42,198 nucleotides of DNA from a virus. The DNA is taken from IMG/VR virus record IMGVR_UViG_3300045988_016154, positions 1 to 42,198 of that record, one strand, 5' to 3'. A model generated the notes under the pieces. It made no database searches, was not told the DNA's origin, and saw nothing but the letters and a program-made list of their open reading frames with translations. Made by a program: the position numbers and the translations under genes. Below are positions 15,812 to 22,547 of this stretch, in pieces (position 1 is the stretch's first letter; each line of letters opens with the position of its first letter).

Positions 15812-16537
15812 TCAGCCGTCCTCCTCCATCATTCGGCGGATCGCCGCCAGCTCGTCCGCGTCAAGCTCCCGCCTGCCCTGCTGCCATACTTCCGGCTTGG
15901 CGGGCTCCGGGGGGCATTCCCACAGCCGTTGGCTCAGCCACTTGGCAAGCCCAGGAACAAACCGTCCACCGTCGTCCTGCCATTGCTGGCTCAGCTTCCA
16001 TTTTTCAAGGCCATCCAGAGCCGCCTGTTCCTGCCCCTTCTTGACAAAGCGCTTGTATGCCTCTCTGGCCTCCTCGCTGTCTCCCTGTCTGTGTGCCGGG
16101 TACGCACGGCGCAGCGCCTCAAAGCCCCTGTCTGTTTCCTCGTTGCTTTTCCCGCTCGCTGCGCTTTCCCCTATACCTCTACCTCTTTCTCCTTCTCTTT
16201 CTCTTTCTCCCCCTCTTTCTAGCTTGTCCCACTCGGATAAGCACCCTTCTGTTTTGCTTGTACCACTGGGAGAAGCACTTTTCTTTTTGCTTGTTCCACT
16301 GGGCGAAGCACCGCCGCCCTGCTTCCCGGCAGCCGCTTTTTTTCTCGCAGAATCCAGCGTCGGTTTTATGAGGTTAAAGGCTATTTTCCCGGAAACAGGC
16401 AACATTTCCGGTGCTATCCCGTAGATGGCATATCGGATCACCGCCAGCAGCGTTTCCGCCTTTTCCTCGTCCGGCAGCTCGTCCAGCGCCTCGTAGTAGC
16501 TTCGGTAGAATGTAAATTGGTTCCGCACCATTGCCAT
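15812..16537 (-). CDS. Replication-organizer-like protein (241 aa)
   Basis: N-terminus MAMVRNQFTFYRSYYEALDELPDEEKAETLLAVIRYAIYG resembles N-terminal domains of Firmicutes phage replication initiators/organizers. The central low-complexity part carries DNA repeats. Confidence 0.6.
   Translation of the reverse strand: MAMVRNQFTFYRSYYEALDELPDEEKAETLLAVIRYAIYGIAPEMLPVSGKIAFNLIKPTLDSARKKAAAGKQGGGASPSGTSKKKSASPSGTSKTEGCLSEWDKLERGGEREREGERGRGIGESAASGKSNEETDRGFEALRRAYPAHRQGDSEEAREAYKRFVKKGQEQAALDGLEKWKLSQQWQDDGGRFVPGLAKWLSQRLWECPPEPAKPEVWQQGRRELDADELAAIRRMMEEDG
16222..16311. repeat. Three 23-bp iteron-like direct repeats (16222-16244, 16256-16278, 16289-16311) next to a 39-nt pure pyrimidine run (16182-16220)
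   Basis: GCTTGT(C/A/T)CCACT(C/G)GG(A/C)(T/G)AAGCAC occurs three times, spaced 34 and 33 bp apart. Copy 1 is read in a different frame from copies 2 and 3. Confidence 0.6.
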
Positions 16538-16563
16538 TTTTCTTCACTCCCTTCCTGATTTTT

Positions 16564-17295
16564 TCAGAAATTTTTCTTGAATTTCCCGTCTCGTGGGAAT
16601 GCTTCTGTCCGAATTCCGGTGGTTTTCCATACCCGCCAGCAGAAGCTTTCCTCGTCCCCAGAAGCGTCGCTCAGGTGGCATAGATAGATCTGCCTGCACC
16701 GCCCTAAGTCCATGCCTCGTAGACATTCCAGCAGCTTCTCAATCTCCATGTGGGTGTTCTCAATCCGGTGCTTCGTGCTCTCCGGCATCCGTCCGCACCG
16801 CTCCAACAGCCCCTTTTCGTAGTTGGCCTCCACCGCCAGAATGTTCACCCCCGGAAACGTGTACGGGAGGTTCACGGTGTCCGTGGCAAAGGCCAAAATG
16901 TCCCCGTCCTCCCGGCTCTGAATCAGAAACCCCAGCGGTTCCGCCGCGTCGTGGTAGGTCTCAAATGGCATCACGTCCAGCGTGCCCACCGTAAATTGTT
17001 CCCCGGCCCGTATCTCCTCCAAAAAGGAAAAAACCGTCTCCGGCAGCTCCAGCGCCTCAGCCGTCCCCCGGCTCATGTAAACCGGGATTCCGTTCTCCGC
17101 CACCCGCCGGACACTCAGGCTGTGGTCCTTGTGTTCGTGGCTGACAAGGCACCCCTGGAGCCGGGCCAGGTCAAACCCGGCCCTTTTTTGCAGCTCCCTG
17201 TAGCTCAGCCCGCACTCCAGCAGAATCCGGGTCTTCCTGTCCCCAATGAGATAGGCGTTTCCCTTGCTGCTGCTCCCCAGCGACGCAATTCTCAA
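16564..17295 (-). CDS. MBL-fold metallo-hydrolase (243 aa)
   Basis: HEHKDH (HxHxDH) motif. TTG start overlapping the upstream stop (TTGA). Confidence 0.85.
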   Translation of the reverse strand: MRIASLGSSSKGNAYLIGDRKTRILLECGLSYRELQKRAGFDLARLQGCLVSHEHKDHSLSVRRVAENGIPVYMSRGTAEALELPETVFSFLEEIRAGEQFTVGTLDVMPFETYHDAAEPLGFLIQSREDGDILAFATDTVNLPYTFPGVNILAVEANYEKGLLERCGRMPESTKHRIENTHMEIEKLLECLRGMDLGRCRQIYLCHLSDASGDEESFCWRVWKTTGIRTEAFPRDGKFKKNF

Positions 17296-17945
17296 AACGG
17301 TGCCCTCCCGGTTCCCTGGGCTGCGTCAGGGGCCGTGTCCGGCAGGGCAGGGGAGAGCACTTCCCCCGTCCCGGCATCCACCTTCACTTCCGTCTTCGGT
17401 GCAAATTCCTTCTGCCATTGGGTGCTTTTCTTGATTTTCTCCTGTGCCCATTCCGGCAGCTTTTCAAAAGCCGCCTGGTCGAATCCGTCATCCAGGTCAA
17501 ACCAGTAGGGCGTGGTCGTGGCCTCCGGCACCGGCATTCCCACCGGCAGCCCCATAATGCTGTCAATATTGGCATATTCCCCCGTGTCGTTCAGCACCAC
17601 ATTCAGCATGGCCGCCTTGCCCAGCAGGCTGTTCGTGTCGAACCCCATGTATTCATCGTCCGTCAGGCTCTTCCCCAGCCAGCTTCCCAGGAACTTCCGC
17701 AGGCCGGAATTCTGGCTCTTGGCAATGTTGAATGTCCGGCCCAGCACTCGCGGCTGCTGTACCCCGTCAATCTCCACCGTCTGGCCCACCAGCTCAAAGC
17801 CGATCATTACCTGGTTGTTGTACCGGGTCGTGTCCTTGTACTTGCACAGCTGCTCCCCGATGCCCAGGGAGTAAATGCATACCGCCATATAGGTTCCGCC
17901 CGGTACCGGGGGAATGCTGGGCTTCACGTTCTTTCCGATTTTCAT
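17292..17945 (-). CDS. DUF669-like phage protein, putative ssDNA-binding/recombination accessory (217 aa)
   Basis: Sits between an SMC-like ATPase and an MBL hydrolase, as in many Firmicutes phage recombination modules. N-terminus PPVPGGTYMAVCIYSLGIGEQ. The family call is from memory only. Confidence 0.5.
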   Translation of the reverse strand: MKIGKNVKPSIPPVPGGTYMAVCIYSLGIGEQLCKYKDTTRYNNQVMIGFELVGQTVEIDGVQQPRVLGRTFNIAKSQNSGLRKFLGSWLGKSLTDDEYMGFDTNSLLGKAAMLNVVLNDTGEYANIDSIMGLPVGMPVPEATTTPYWFDLDDGFDQAAFEKLPEWAQEKIKKSTQWQKEFAPKTEVKVDAGTGEVLSPALPDTAPDAAQGTGRAPF

Positions 17946-19870
17946 ACGATTCTCAGCTCCTTATCTTCCTCGCTCACCACCAGGCGGATCACCTGGCTCT
18001 GCATTTCTTCCAGTTTGGTAACGCTCTCCGCGTTGTCCACAAACAGCGGCACCCGCACCCCGTAAAACTCGCTCAGGGCGTTGATAATGTCCATGCCAAC
18101 ATTGATCTGCATGGCGCTGTTCAGCCCGTTGTAGGGAACGCCGTCCACCGTCACGTCGCACCGCTCTTCCACGCCGCCGTTGGCCTGTTCCCGGAACAGC
18201 CGGATCTTTGCCAGCCGGAAGGGTGCGTTCACGGCGTTTTCCAGAAAGCTCGCCTTGAACCTGGTGAATTCCTCCATCTGGTACAGCGTCCGCTCCACCG
18301 CCTCCAGCGCCGCGCACGTGTCCCGGGCCTCCTGCCGCAGCTGTTCCAGCCGTGCCTGGGCATACCGCAGGCTGCCTTCTCCAGCCGCCTCCTGCTGGAC
18401 TGCTTTCAGCTCCGCCGTGACCGCCGCCAGCTGCCCATCCAGAGCCGCCCACTTCGTCTGGTACCCGTTTACCGCTTCCAACTTGTCCTGCTCAAGGCTC
18501 CTGATTTCCCCTTCCAGGGCTGCCCGCCGGGCTTCATATTCCGGCATATCCGTAATGGTTTCCGCCGGCGCTTCCCGGATTTCCGCTTCCGCCGCCGCCA
18601 GGGCGCTTTCCGCTTCCGCCTTTTCCTGTTCCAGCCGTTCCAGGTCCGCCCGGTAGCCGTCGCACAGCGCCTTAGCGTGGTTCGCCATGCCCTCTATCCG
18701 TTCCAGCCGTGCCTTCTTCTTGGCCTCGAAGGCATCGGTCTGGGCTTTCAGCTGCTCAAAAGGCAGGCTCTGCCCGCAGGTGGGACACTTTCCGCCGGAA
18801 AAGCTCTCTCCGTTGGTATCTACCCATTCCGCCCGGTAGCTTCCCAGGCTCTTCTCCGTCCGTTCCAGGGCCATGTCCGTGTTGCTGATCTGGGCATTGG
18901 TGTAGGTCAGCGTCTTTTCCGCCGCCGTTTTCCGGCGCTTGGCCTCCACCGCCTTGTCCGCGCCCCGCTGCTGCTCCCGGTAGGCCCCGTTCTGGGCTTC
19001 CAGTGCCCGCAGCTCCGCCGTTTTTGCGCTCAGGGCGTATCCGATTTCCGAAGCCTTGCTTCCGGCTTTCAGCTTCGCCATCTGCTCCCGCAGGGCGTTT
19101 CCAATTCCGTCCAGTTCCAGTGCCTTGGCCTTGGCCGCCGCAAAGTCCTGCCCGCTCAGCTGGTCGATGAGCTTCTGGCATTCGCTCATTCTGGCCGGGC
19201 CGTCGTTCTTGGCCCCCACCAGCCGCTTTCGATCCGCTGTCAGCTTCTTTTTCAGGCTTTCCAGCCCCACCCCGGCGCAGCTGTCCTTCAGCTCCCAGAA
19301 CGCCTCGTTCTGCATCATGATCTGCTCATCCGTCAGGTTCCCCACCATGTCGAAAAGCACCGCCCGCCGCTCCTGCCATTTCAGGTCCGCGCTAAAGTAT
19401 TTTACGGAGGTCAGCATCCGGAACAGCCCCTCCCCCACCAGCTCCTTCACGGCAGCATCAAAGCCGTTCTTCTTCATGGGTACCCCGTCCACGGCATACT
19501 CACTGATGTTGCCGCTGTATTCCGGCGTGGGGCATCCCCGCTTACTGGCCCAGACCTCTTTCAGCGTCCGCCGCAGCACCGTCACCTCGCTGACTTCTCC
19601 CAGATCAACCAGGAACTCCGCCGCTACCGCCGTTACCGCCTGATGGTCCGCCACCTGCCCGTCAGCCCCCAATGGCTTGATGGCCTCCGCATCCGCGCTG
19701 CCCCGGCTGTCCTTGCCGAACAGCAGCCAGGTCAAGCCGTCGTAAATGCTGCTCTTCCCCGTGGCGTTGTCTCCGTAAATGCTGGTCTCCCGCCCGCCGA
19801 AATCAATGGTCAGGCTTTTGTGACACTTGAAATTTTCCAACGTCAGCTTCTGAATTCGGATATCCTTCAT
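17942..19870 (-). CDS. Rad50/SbcC-like SMC-type ATPase with zinc hook (642 aa)
   Basis: N-terminal Walker A GDNATGKSS. Long central coiled coil with a CxxC hook (GGKCPTCGQSL). C-terminal Walker B-like PLFVDNAES. Confidence 0.85.
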   Translation of the reverse strand: MKDIRIQKLTLENFKCHKSLTIDFGGRETSIYGDNATGKSSIYDGLTWLLFGKDSRGSADAEAIKPLGADGQVADHQAVTAVAAEFLVDLGEVSEVTVLRRTLKEVWASKRGCPTPEYSGNISEYAVDGVPMKKNGFDAAVKELVGEGLFRMLTSVKYFSADLKWQERRAVLFDMVGNLTDEQIMMQNEAFWELKDSCAGVGLESLKKKLTADRKRLVGAKNDGPARMSECQKLIDQLSGQDFAAAKAKALELDGIGNALREQMAKLKAGSKASEIGYALSAKTAELRALEAQNGAYREQQRGADKAVEAKRRKTAAEKTLTYTNAQISNTDMALERTEKSLGSYRAEWVDTNGESFSGGKCPTCGQSLPFEQLKAQTDAFEAKKKARLERIEGMANHAKALCDGYRADLERLEQEKAEAESALAAAEAEIREAPAETITDMPEYEARRAALEGEIRSLEQDKLEAVNGYQTKWAALDGQLAAVTAELKAVQQEAAGEGSLRYAQARLEQLRQEARDTCAALEAVERTLYQMEEFTRFKASFLENAVNAPFRLAKIRLFREQANGGVEERCDVTVDGVPYNGLNSAMQINVGMDIINALSEFYGVRVPLFVDNAESVTKLEEMQSQVIRLVVSEEDKELRIV

Positions 19871-19899
19871 TTGACATTTCCTTTCTTTTCGGCTATAAT
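19871..19899 (+). promoter_or_regulatory. Perfect consensus sigma-70-type promoter, antisense to the early genes
   Basis: TTGACA (19871-19876), 17-nt spacer, TATAAT (19894-19899) on the plus strand. The -10 lies inside the palindrome GGCTATAATAGCC (19891-19903). Confidence 0.6.
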
Positions 19900-19956
19900 A
19901 GCCCTGTTCTCATTTTCTATGCCGTGTCCGGAGTTGCAGCTCTGGCCGCGGCCTTT

Positions 19957-20166
19957 TTAGTTCCCAAAGTAAAACGTTTCCGTCTGCGTGGCCTTGTCCG
20001 CATGGTTCCGGCTGATGATGGCGAACATCCCCCGGTTTTCCTCGTCAAAGGCACGGCTCTCCTCCGTCTCCCGCCCCAGCATCCCCCGCAGCCGGTCCAC
20101 CTCCCGCCGCAGCCGCCGGTTCTGCTCCGCCAGCACCCGGTACTTGGCCAATTCCTCCTGGTTCAT
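19957..20166 (-). CDS. Hypothetical coiled-coil protein (69 aa)
   Basis: ORF trimmed to ATG 20166 (ATGA overlap). Begins MNQEELAKYRVLAEQNRRLRREVDRLRGML. Confidence 0.6.
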   Translation of the reverse strand: MNQEELAKYRVLAEQNRRLRREVDRLRGMLGRETEESRAFDEENRGMFAIISRNHADKATQTETFYFGN

Positions 20167-20375
20167 ACCTCTGCCCCCTTCTCTCTGAGCCAATTCATCA
20201 GGTCCACCCGGAAAATCTCCGTGTCCCGTCTGCCGCTCCGGCCTACCCTTTTGATACGCCCAAAGGGATAGGCCCCGCTCTCGATTCCTTCAGCGATCCC
20301 GGCGGCACTGCACCGGATTCCATAGGACCGCAAAATGTCCTCGCATTCGTGGAGTGTCACCGTCAGCTTATTCAT
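20163..20375 (-). CDS. Small putative DNA-binding protein (Xis/Cro-like) (70 aa)
   Basis: MNKLTVTLHECEDILRSYGIRCSAAGIAEGIESGAYPFGRIK...EIFRVDLMNWLREKG resembles excisionase/MerR-type winged-helix proteins. The call is tentative. Confidence 0.45.
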   Translation of the reverse strand: MNKLTVTLHECEDILRSYGIRCSAAGIAEGIESGAYPFGRIKRVGRSGRRDTEIFRVDLMNWLREKGAEV

Positions 20376-20532
20376 CCTGTTTCGCCTCCTTCTTTGCCAC
20401 CAGGGCCACCCCTGCCGCCAGCCCCTGGGCGTAGGCCTCCACCATGTTCACGGCGTGGCTTCTTGCCTCCTTGGGGATCTCGTTCAGCCCCTGGGCCGTT
20501 TCCTCTACGCTTTTCTTGACTTCTTCGCTCAT
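20368..20532 (-). CDS. Hypothetical small protein (54 aa), first ORF of the early unit
   Basis: ORF 20368-20679 trimmed to ATG 20532, preceded by GAAAGGAG. The longer version would run through the tRNA-like element. Confidence 0.55.
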   Translation of the reverse strand: MSEEVKKSVEETAQGLNEIPKEARSHAVNMVEAYAQGLAAGVALVAKKEAKQDE

Positions 20533-20575
20533 TATGTCAATGCTCCTTTCGTTTATCGTCTGCCCGCCTGGTTTA

Positions 20576-20594
20576 CCGCCCCGGGGCGGCTTTT
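20576..20594 (+). terminator. Plus-strand-oriented hairpin plus T-run
   Basis: CCGCC-CCGG-GGCGG followed by CTTTT on the plus strand only. Lies just beyond the start codon of the first early gene, where an antisense RNA from 19871-19899 would end. Confidence 0.4.
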
Positions 20595-20626
20595 CATGGA
20601 GGTTCGGCAGGTCCGTCTCCTGCCTA

Positions 20627-20693
20627 TGGTGGAGAGCGGCGGAATCGAACCGCCGCATATTACAGCTGCATTGATGCATCCCAGATGCTCCCC
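20627..20693 (-). ncRNA. 67-nt tRNA-like mini element resembling the tRNA-like domain of tmRNA
   Basis: Minus strand reads GGGGAGC AUCUGGGAU GCAU (15 nt) AUGC GGCGG UUCGAUU CCGCC GCUCUCC A CCA. It has a 7-bp acceptor stem with G3:U70, discriminator A and an encoded CCA. The T arm is canonical. There is no anticodon arm or D stem. Confidence 0.4.
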
Positions 20694-20707
20694 ATATACC
20701 TTTTTTC

Positions 20708-20736
20708 TTGCTTCACCCGCAAATCTGTGCTATCCT
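20708..20736 (+). promoter_or_regulatory. Candidate promoter of the YHYH gene
   Basis: TTGCTT, 17 nt, TATCCT, about 20 nt upstream of the AAGGAG RBS. Confidence 0.3.
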
Positions 20737-20754
20737 TGCATAAGGAGTGATTTT

Positions 20755-21822
20755 ATGCGAAGATTTATTCTTTTTCTGATTTTGCTTGTCCTCTGTGTCA
20801 CCCCCGCTTCTGCCCATTCCGGCCGTACCGATTCCCAGGGCGGCCACTATGATAGGAGCACCGGGGAATATCATTGGCACCATGGCATGAGCGCCCATCA
20901 GCACTACGACATGGACGGCGACGGCATTCTTGATTGCCCCTACACCTTCAAAGGAACCACCGCCACAACCACGTCTCCGGACATCTATACCACAACCATA
21001 ACCACCGCCCCGGCTACCTTCTCAACCTGGGAAACCACCGCCTGGACATCCCCGTCCACGTCAGCTCCGGCCACCGCTGCCAAGAAAGGAGGAAACGGCC
21101 CCATGATCGGTTGGATTGTCAGCGCCGCCCTAGTGATTGCCTTGTATGGCTCCTCAAAAAGCCACGAGAAGGAAAGCAATCTGGATTTTGAACGCATCCG
21201 CAAGCAGAATCAGGAGATTAACGCCCTAAAAAAGGAGCTGGAAGCCAAATCCCAGCAGCTCACCGACTTGGATGAGGAAACCCAGCGGAAACTCGCCGAG
21301 CTTTTTGAAAACTCAACGGATCGGGAAACTCAGTACCGGGCGGAAATAGACAACCTCAAAGAAGAATCTGCCCGACGCATCTTAGAATACGATTCCGTCT
21401 CTCAAAAGCTGGAATCCATTCTCACCGCCGCTGAGCCAGAAGAGGGCCAGTCGCCCCAGCAGCACGCCGTTGCTCTGGTTTCCAAGATTTCTGCTCTGGA
21501 AGATACTGTCTCAGAGAAGAACGAGAAGATACAGGAGCTTTGCTATGAGCTGGACAAGCACATACGCCGGGAGGCGGCTCCATCAGAAGTCTTTTTCGCC
21601 TCTGACGGGCTCCCCATCCTCTGCAAGTCCCTTGCAAAGAAGTACGGGGACTATACCGCCTATCTCAATCAGAAATCCGAAATCTATCACCTCGATCCAT
21701 CCTGTGCCCCAGCCGGTTCCCCGGTCGTGCATCTGTTCAATGTGCCCCGCAATTACCGCGCCTGTTCCAGATGCGCCCTGGGCATTTCCAGGAGCATCCC
21801 GGACTGGTATGAGCGAAAGTGA
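20755..21822 (+). CDS. Secreted/membrane YHYH-domain protein with cytoplasmic coiled coil and C-terminal Cys motif (355 aa)
   Basis: ORF 20335-21822 trimmed to ATG 20755 (AAGGAG RBS). Signal peptide MRRFILFLILLVLCVTPASA. HSGRTDSQGGHYDRSTGEYHWHH (YHYH motif). Thr-rich linker. TM helix MIGWIVSAALVIALYG. About 150 aa of coiled coil. C-terminus EIYHLDPSCAP...YRACSRC. Confidence 0.8.
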   Translation: MRRFILFLILLVLCVTPASAHSGRTDSQGGHYDRSTGEYHWHHGMSAHQHYDMDGDGILDCPYTFKGTTATTTSPDIYTTTITTAPATFSTWETTAWTSPSTSAPATAAKKGGNGPMIGWIVSAALVIALYGSSKSHEKESNLDFERIRKQNQEINALKKELEAKSQQLTDLDEETQRKLAELFENSTDRETQYRAEIDNLKEESARRILEYDSVSQKLESILTAAEPEEGQSPQQHAVALVSKISALEDTVSEKNEKIQELCYELDKHIRREAAPSEVFFASDGLPILCKSLAKKYGDYTAYLNQKSEIYHLDPSCAPAGSPVVHLFNVPRNYRACSRCALGISRSIPDWYERK

Positions 21823-21826
21823 GCTT

Positions 21827-21860
21827 GTTAAGCACTTGCTTAACTTGGCTATATGATAGC
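21827..21860. promoter_or_regulatory. Operator-like palindromes
   Basis: GTTAAGCA-CT-TGCTTAAC (21827-21844) and GCTAT-ATG-ATAGC (21848-21860). The second overlaps the -10 of the leftward promoter. Confidence 0.5.
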
Positions 21861-21881
21861 ATAACTTTGCTATATTGTCAA
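21853..21881 (-). promoter_or_regulatory. Strong leftward promoter of the genetic switch
   Basis: Minus strand reads TTGACA (21881-21876), 17-nt spacer, TATCAT (21858-21853). It is back-to-back with the repressor promoter. Confidence 0.6.
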
Positions 21882-21912
21882 TACATTTCTCATAACTCAG
21901 TTAAATTTTCTG

Positions 21913-21941
21913 TTGACAGTAGCCCGTGCACGTGCTATACT
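21913..21941 (+). promoter_or_regulatory. Repressor-gene promoter
   Basis: TTGACA (21913-21918), 17-nt spacer containing the palindrome GCACGTGC (21928-21935), TATACT (21936-21941). Confidence 0.65.
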
Positions 21942-21952
21942 CCGTTTAGGAG

Positions 21953-22327
21953 GTGATAGATTTGAAGGAAAGAATTCTGGAAATCATTTCGGCGAAAAAA
22001 TTGACAAAAACAGAATTCGCCAAGCGTCTAAACGTGTCCCAGGCATTCGTTTCCCAGCTGTGCGCAGGAGCAAGAGAGCCAAGTGATCGAACTATTTCTG
22101 ACATATGTGAGAAGTTCGGCATCAACGAGATTTGGCTCCGTACCGGGGTGGGGGAGATGAAGCTCCCCCTGTCCCAGAATGAGCAGCTGGCAAAGATTTT
22201 TGCCGATGTTCAGGTCTCCGATGATGAGCGGGCAAGACTGGTAAAGGCCTTTGCCTCCCTGCCCCCGGAAGCCTACCCCCAGATTTACAAATGGTTCCAG
22301 GCCTTTACGGCAAACCTCAACCCCTGA
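21953..22327 (+). CDS. XRE-family HTH repressor (CI-like), 124 aa from GTG 21953 or 121 aa from TTG 21962
   Basis: KKLTKTEFAKRLNVSQAFVSQLCAGAREPS is a classic XRE HTH. AGGAGG at 21948-21953 favours the TTG start at 21962. Confidence 0.85.
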   Translation: MIDLKERILEIISAKKLTKTEFAKRLNVSQAFVSQLCAGAREPSDRTISDICEKFGINEIWLRTGVGEMKLPLSQNEQLAKIFADVQVSDDERARLVKAFASLPPEAYPQIYKWFQAFTANLNP

Positions 22328-22332
22328 AAAAA

Positions 22333-22356
22333 CCCCCTGCCGTTTTCAGCAGGGGG
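22333..22356. terminator. Bidirectional intrinsic terminator
   Basis: CCCCCTGC-(8 nt)-GCAGGGGG, flanked by AAAAAA upstream and TTCTTCTTATTT downstream. It serves the repressor gene on the plus strand and the convergent small ORF on the minus strand. Confidence 0.8.
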
Positions 22357-22362
22357 TTCTTC

Positions 22363-22467
22363 TTATTTCCATTGTAATGCCGTTATCAGCAGCATCCGCA
22401 GCCGCTCCAGGCTCATGCCCTCCATCACCCGTAAGATTTCCCTCAAAATCTTCTGCCGTTCTTCCAC
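22363..22467 (-). CDS. Possible 34-aa ORF convergent with the repressor gene
   Basis: GTG start preceded by GGAGGAAAGAGGAC. Translation (M)EERQKILREILRVMEGMSLERLRMLLITALQWK. Ends 7 nt before the bidirectional terminator. Confidence 0.3.
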   Translation of the reverse strand: MEERQKILREILRVMEGMSLERLRMLLITALQWK

Positions 22468-22518
22468 GTCCTCTTTCCTCCAAAAAATGATTTGATAAAA
22501 ATTTGTTGCTTTTTCCTA

Positions 22519-22547
22519 TTTACTACTTTCTTTGTACACTGTAATAT
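22519..22547 (+). promoter_or_regulatory. Candidate promoter for the HTH-TM / membrane protein / integrase genes
   Basis: TTTACT, 17 nt, TAATAT. Confidence 0.35.

Noticed and set aside
16165-16311. CT-rich tract and repeats as a CRISPR array or simple microsatellite.
   Set aside because: There are only three imperfect 23-bp repeats with 10-11 bp between them, inside a coding gene. No spacer-like unique segments or cas genes are present. An iteron/origin interpretation is preferred.
19944-19958. GGCCGCGGCC plus T5 as a terminator for a ~50-nt sRNA from the antisense promoter.
   Set aside because: The self-complementary 10-mer can form only 3-4 bp with a minimal loop, too weak to call. The hairpin at 20576-20594 is a better candidate end point.
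20335-20754. N-terminal 140-aa extension of the 495-aa plus-strand ORF containing the YHYH protein.
   Set aside because: It would overlap two minus-strand genes and the tRNA-like element. It has no RBS, whereas ATG 20755 has AAGGAG and is followed by a typical signal peptide.
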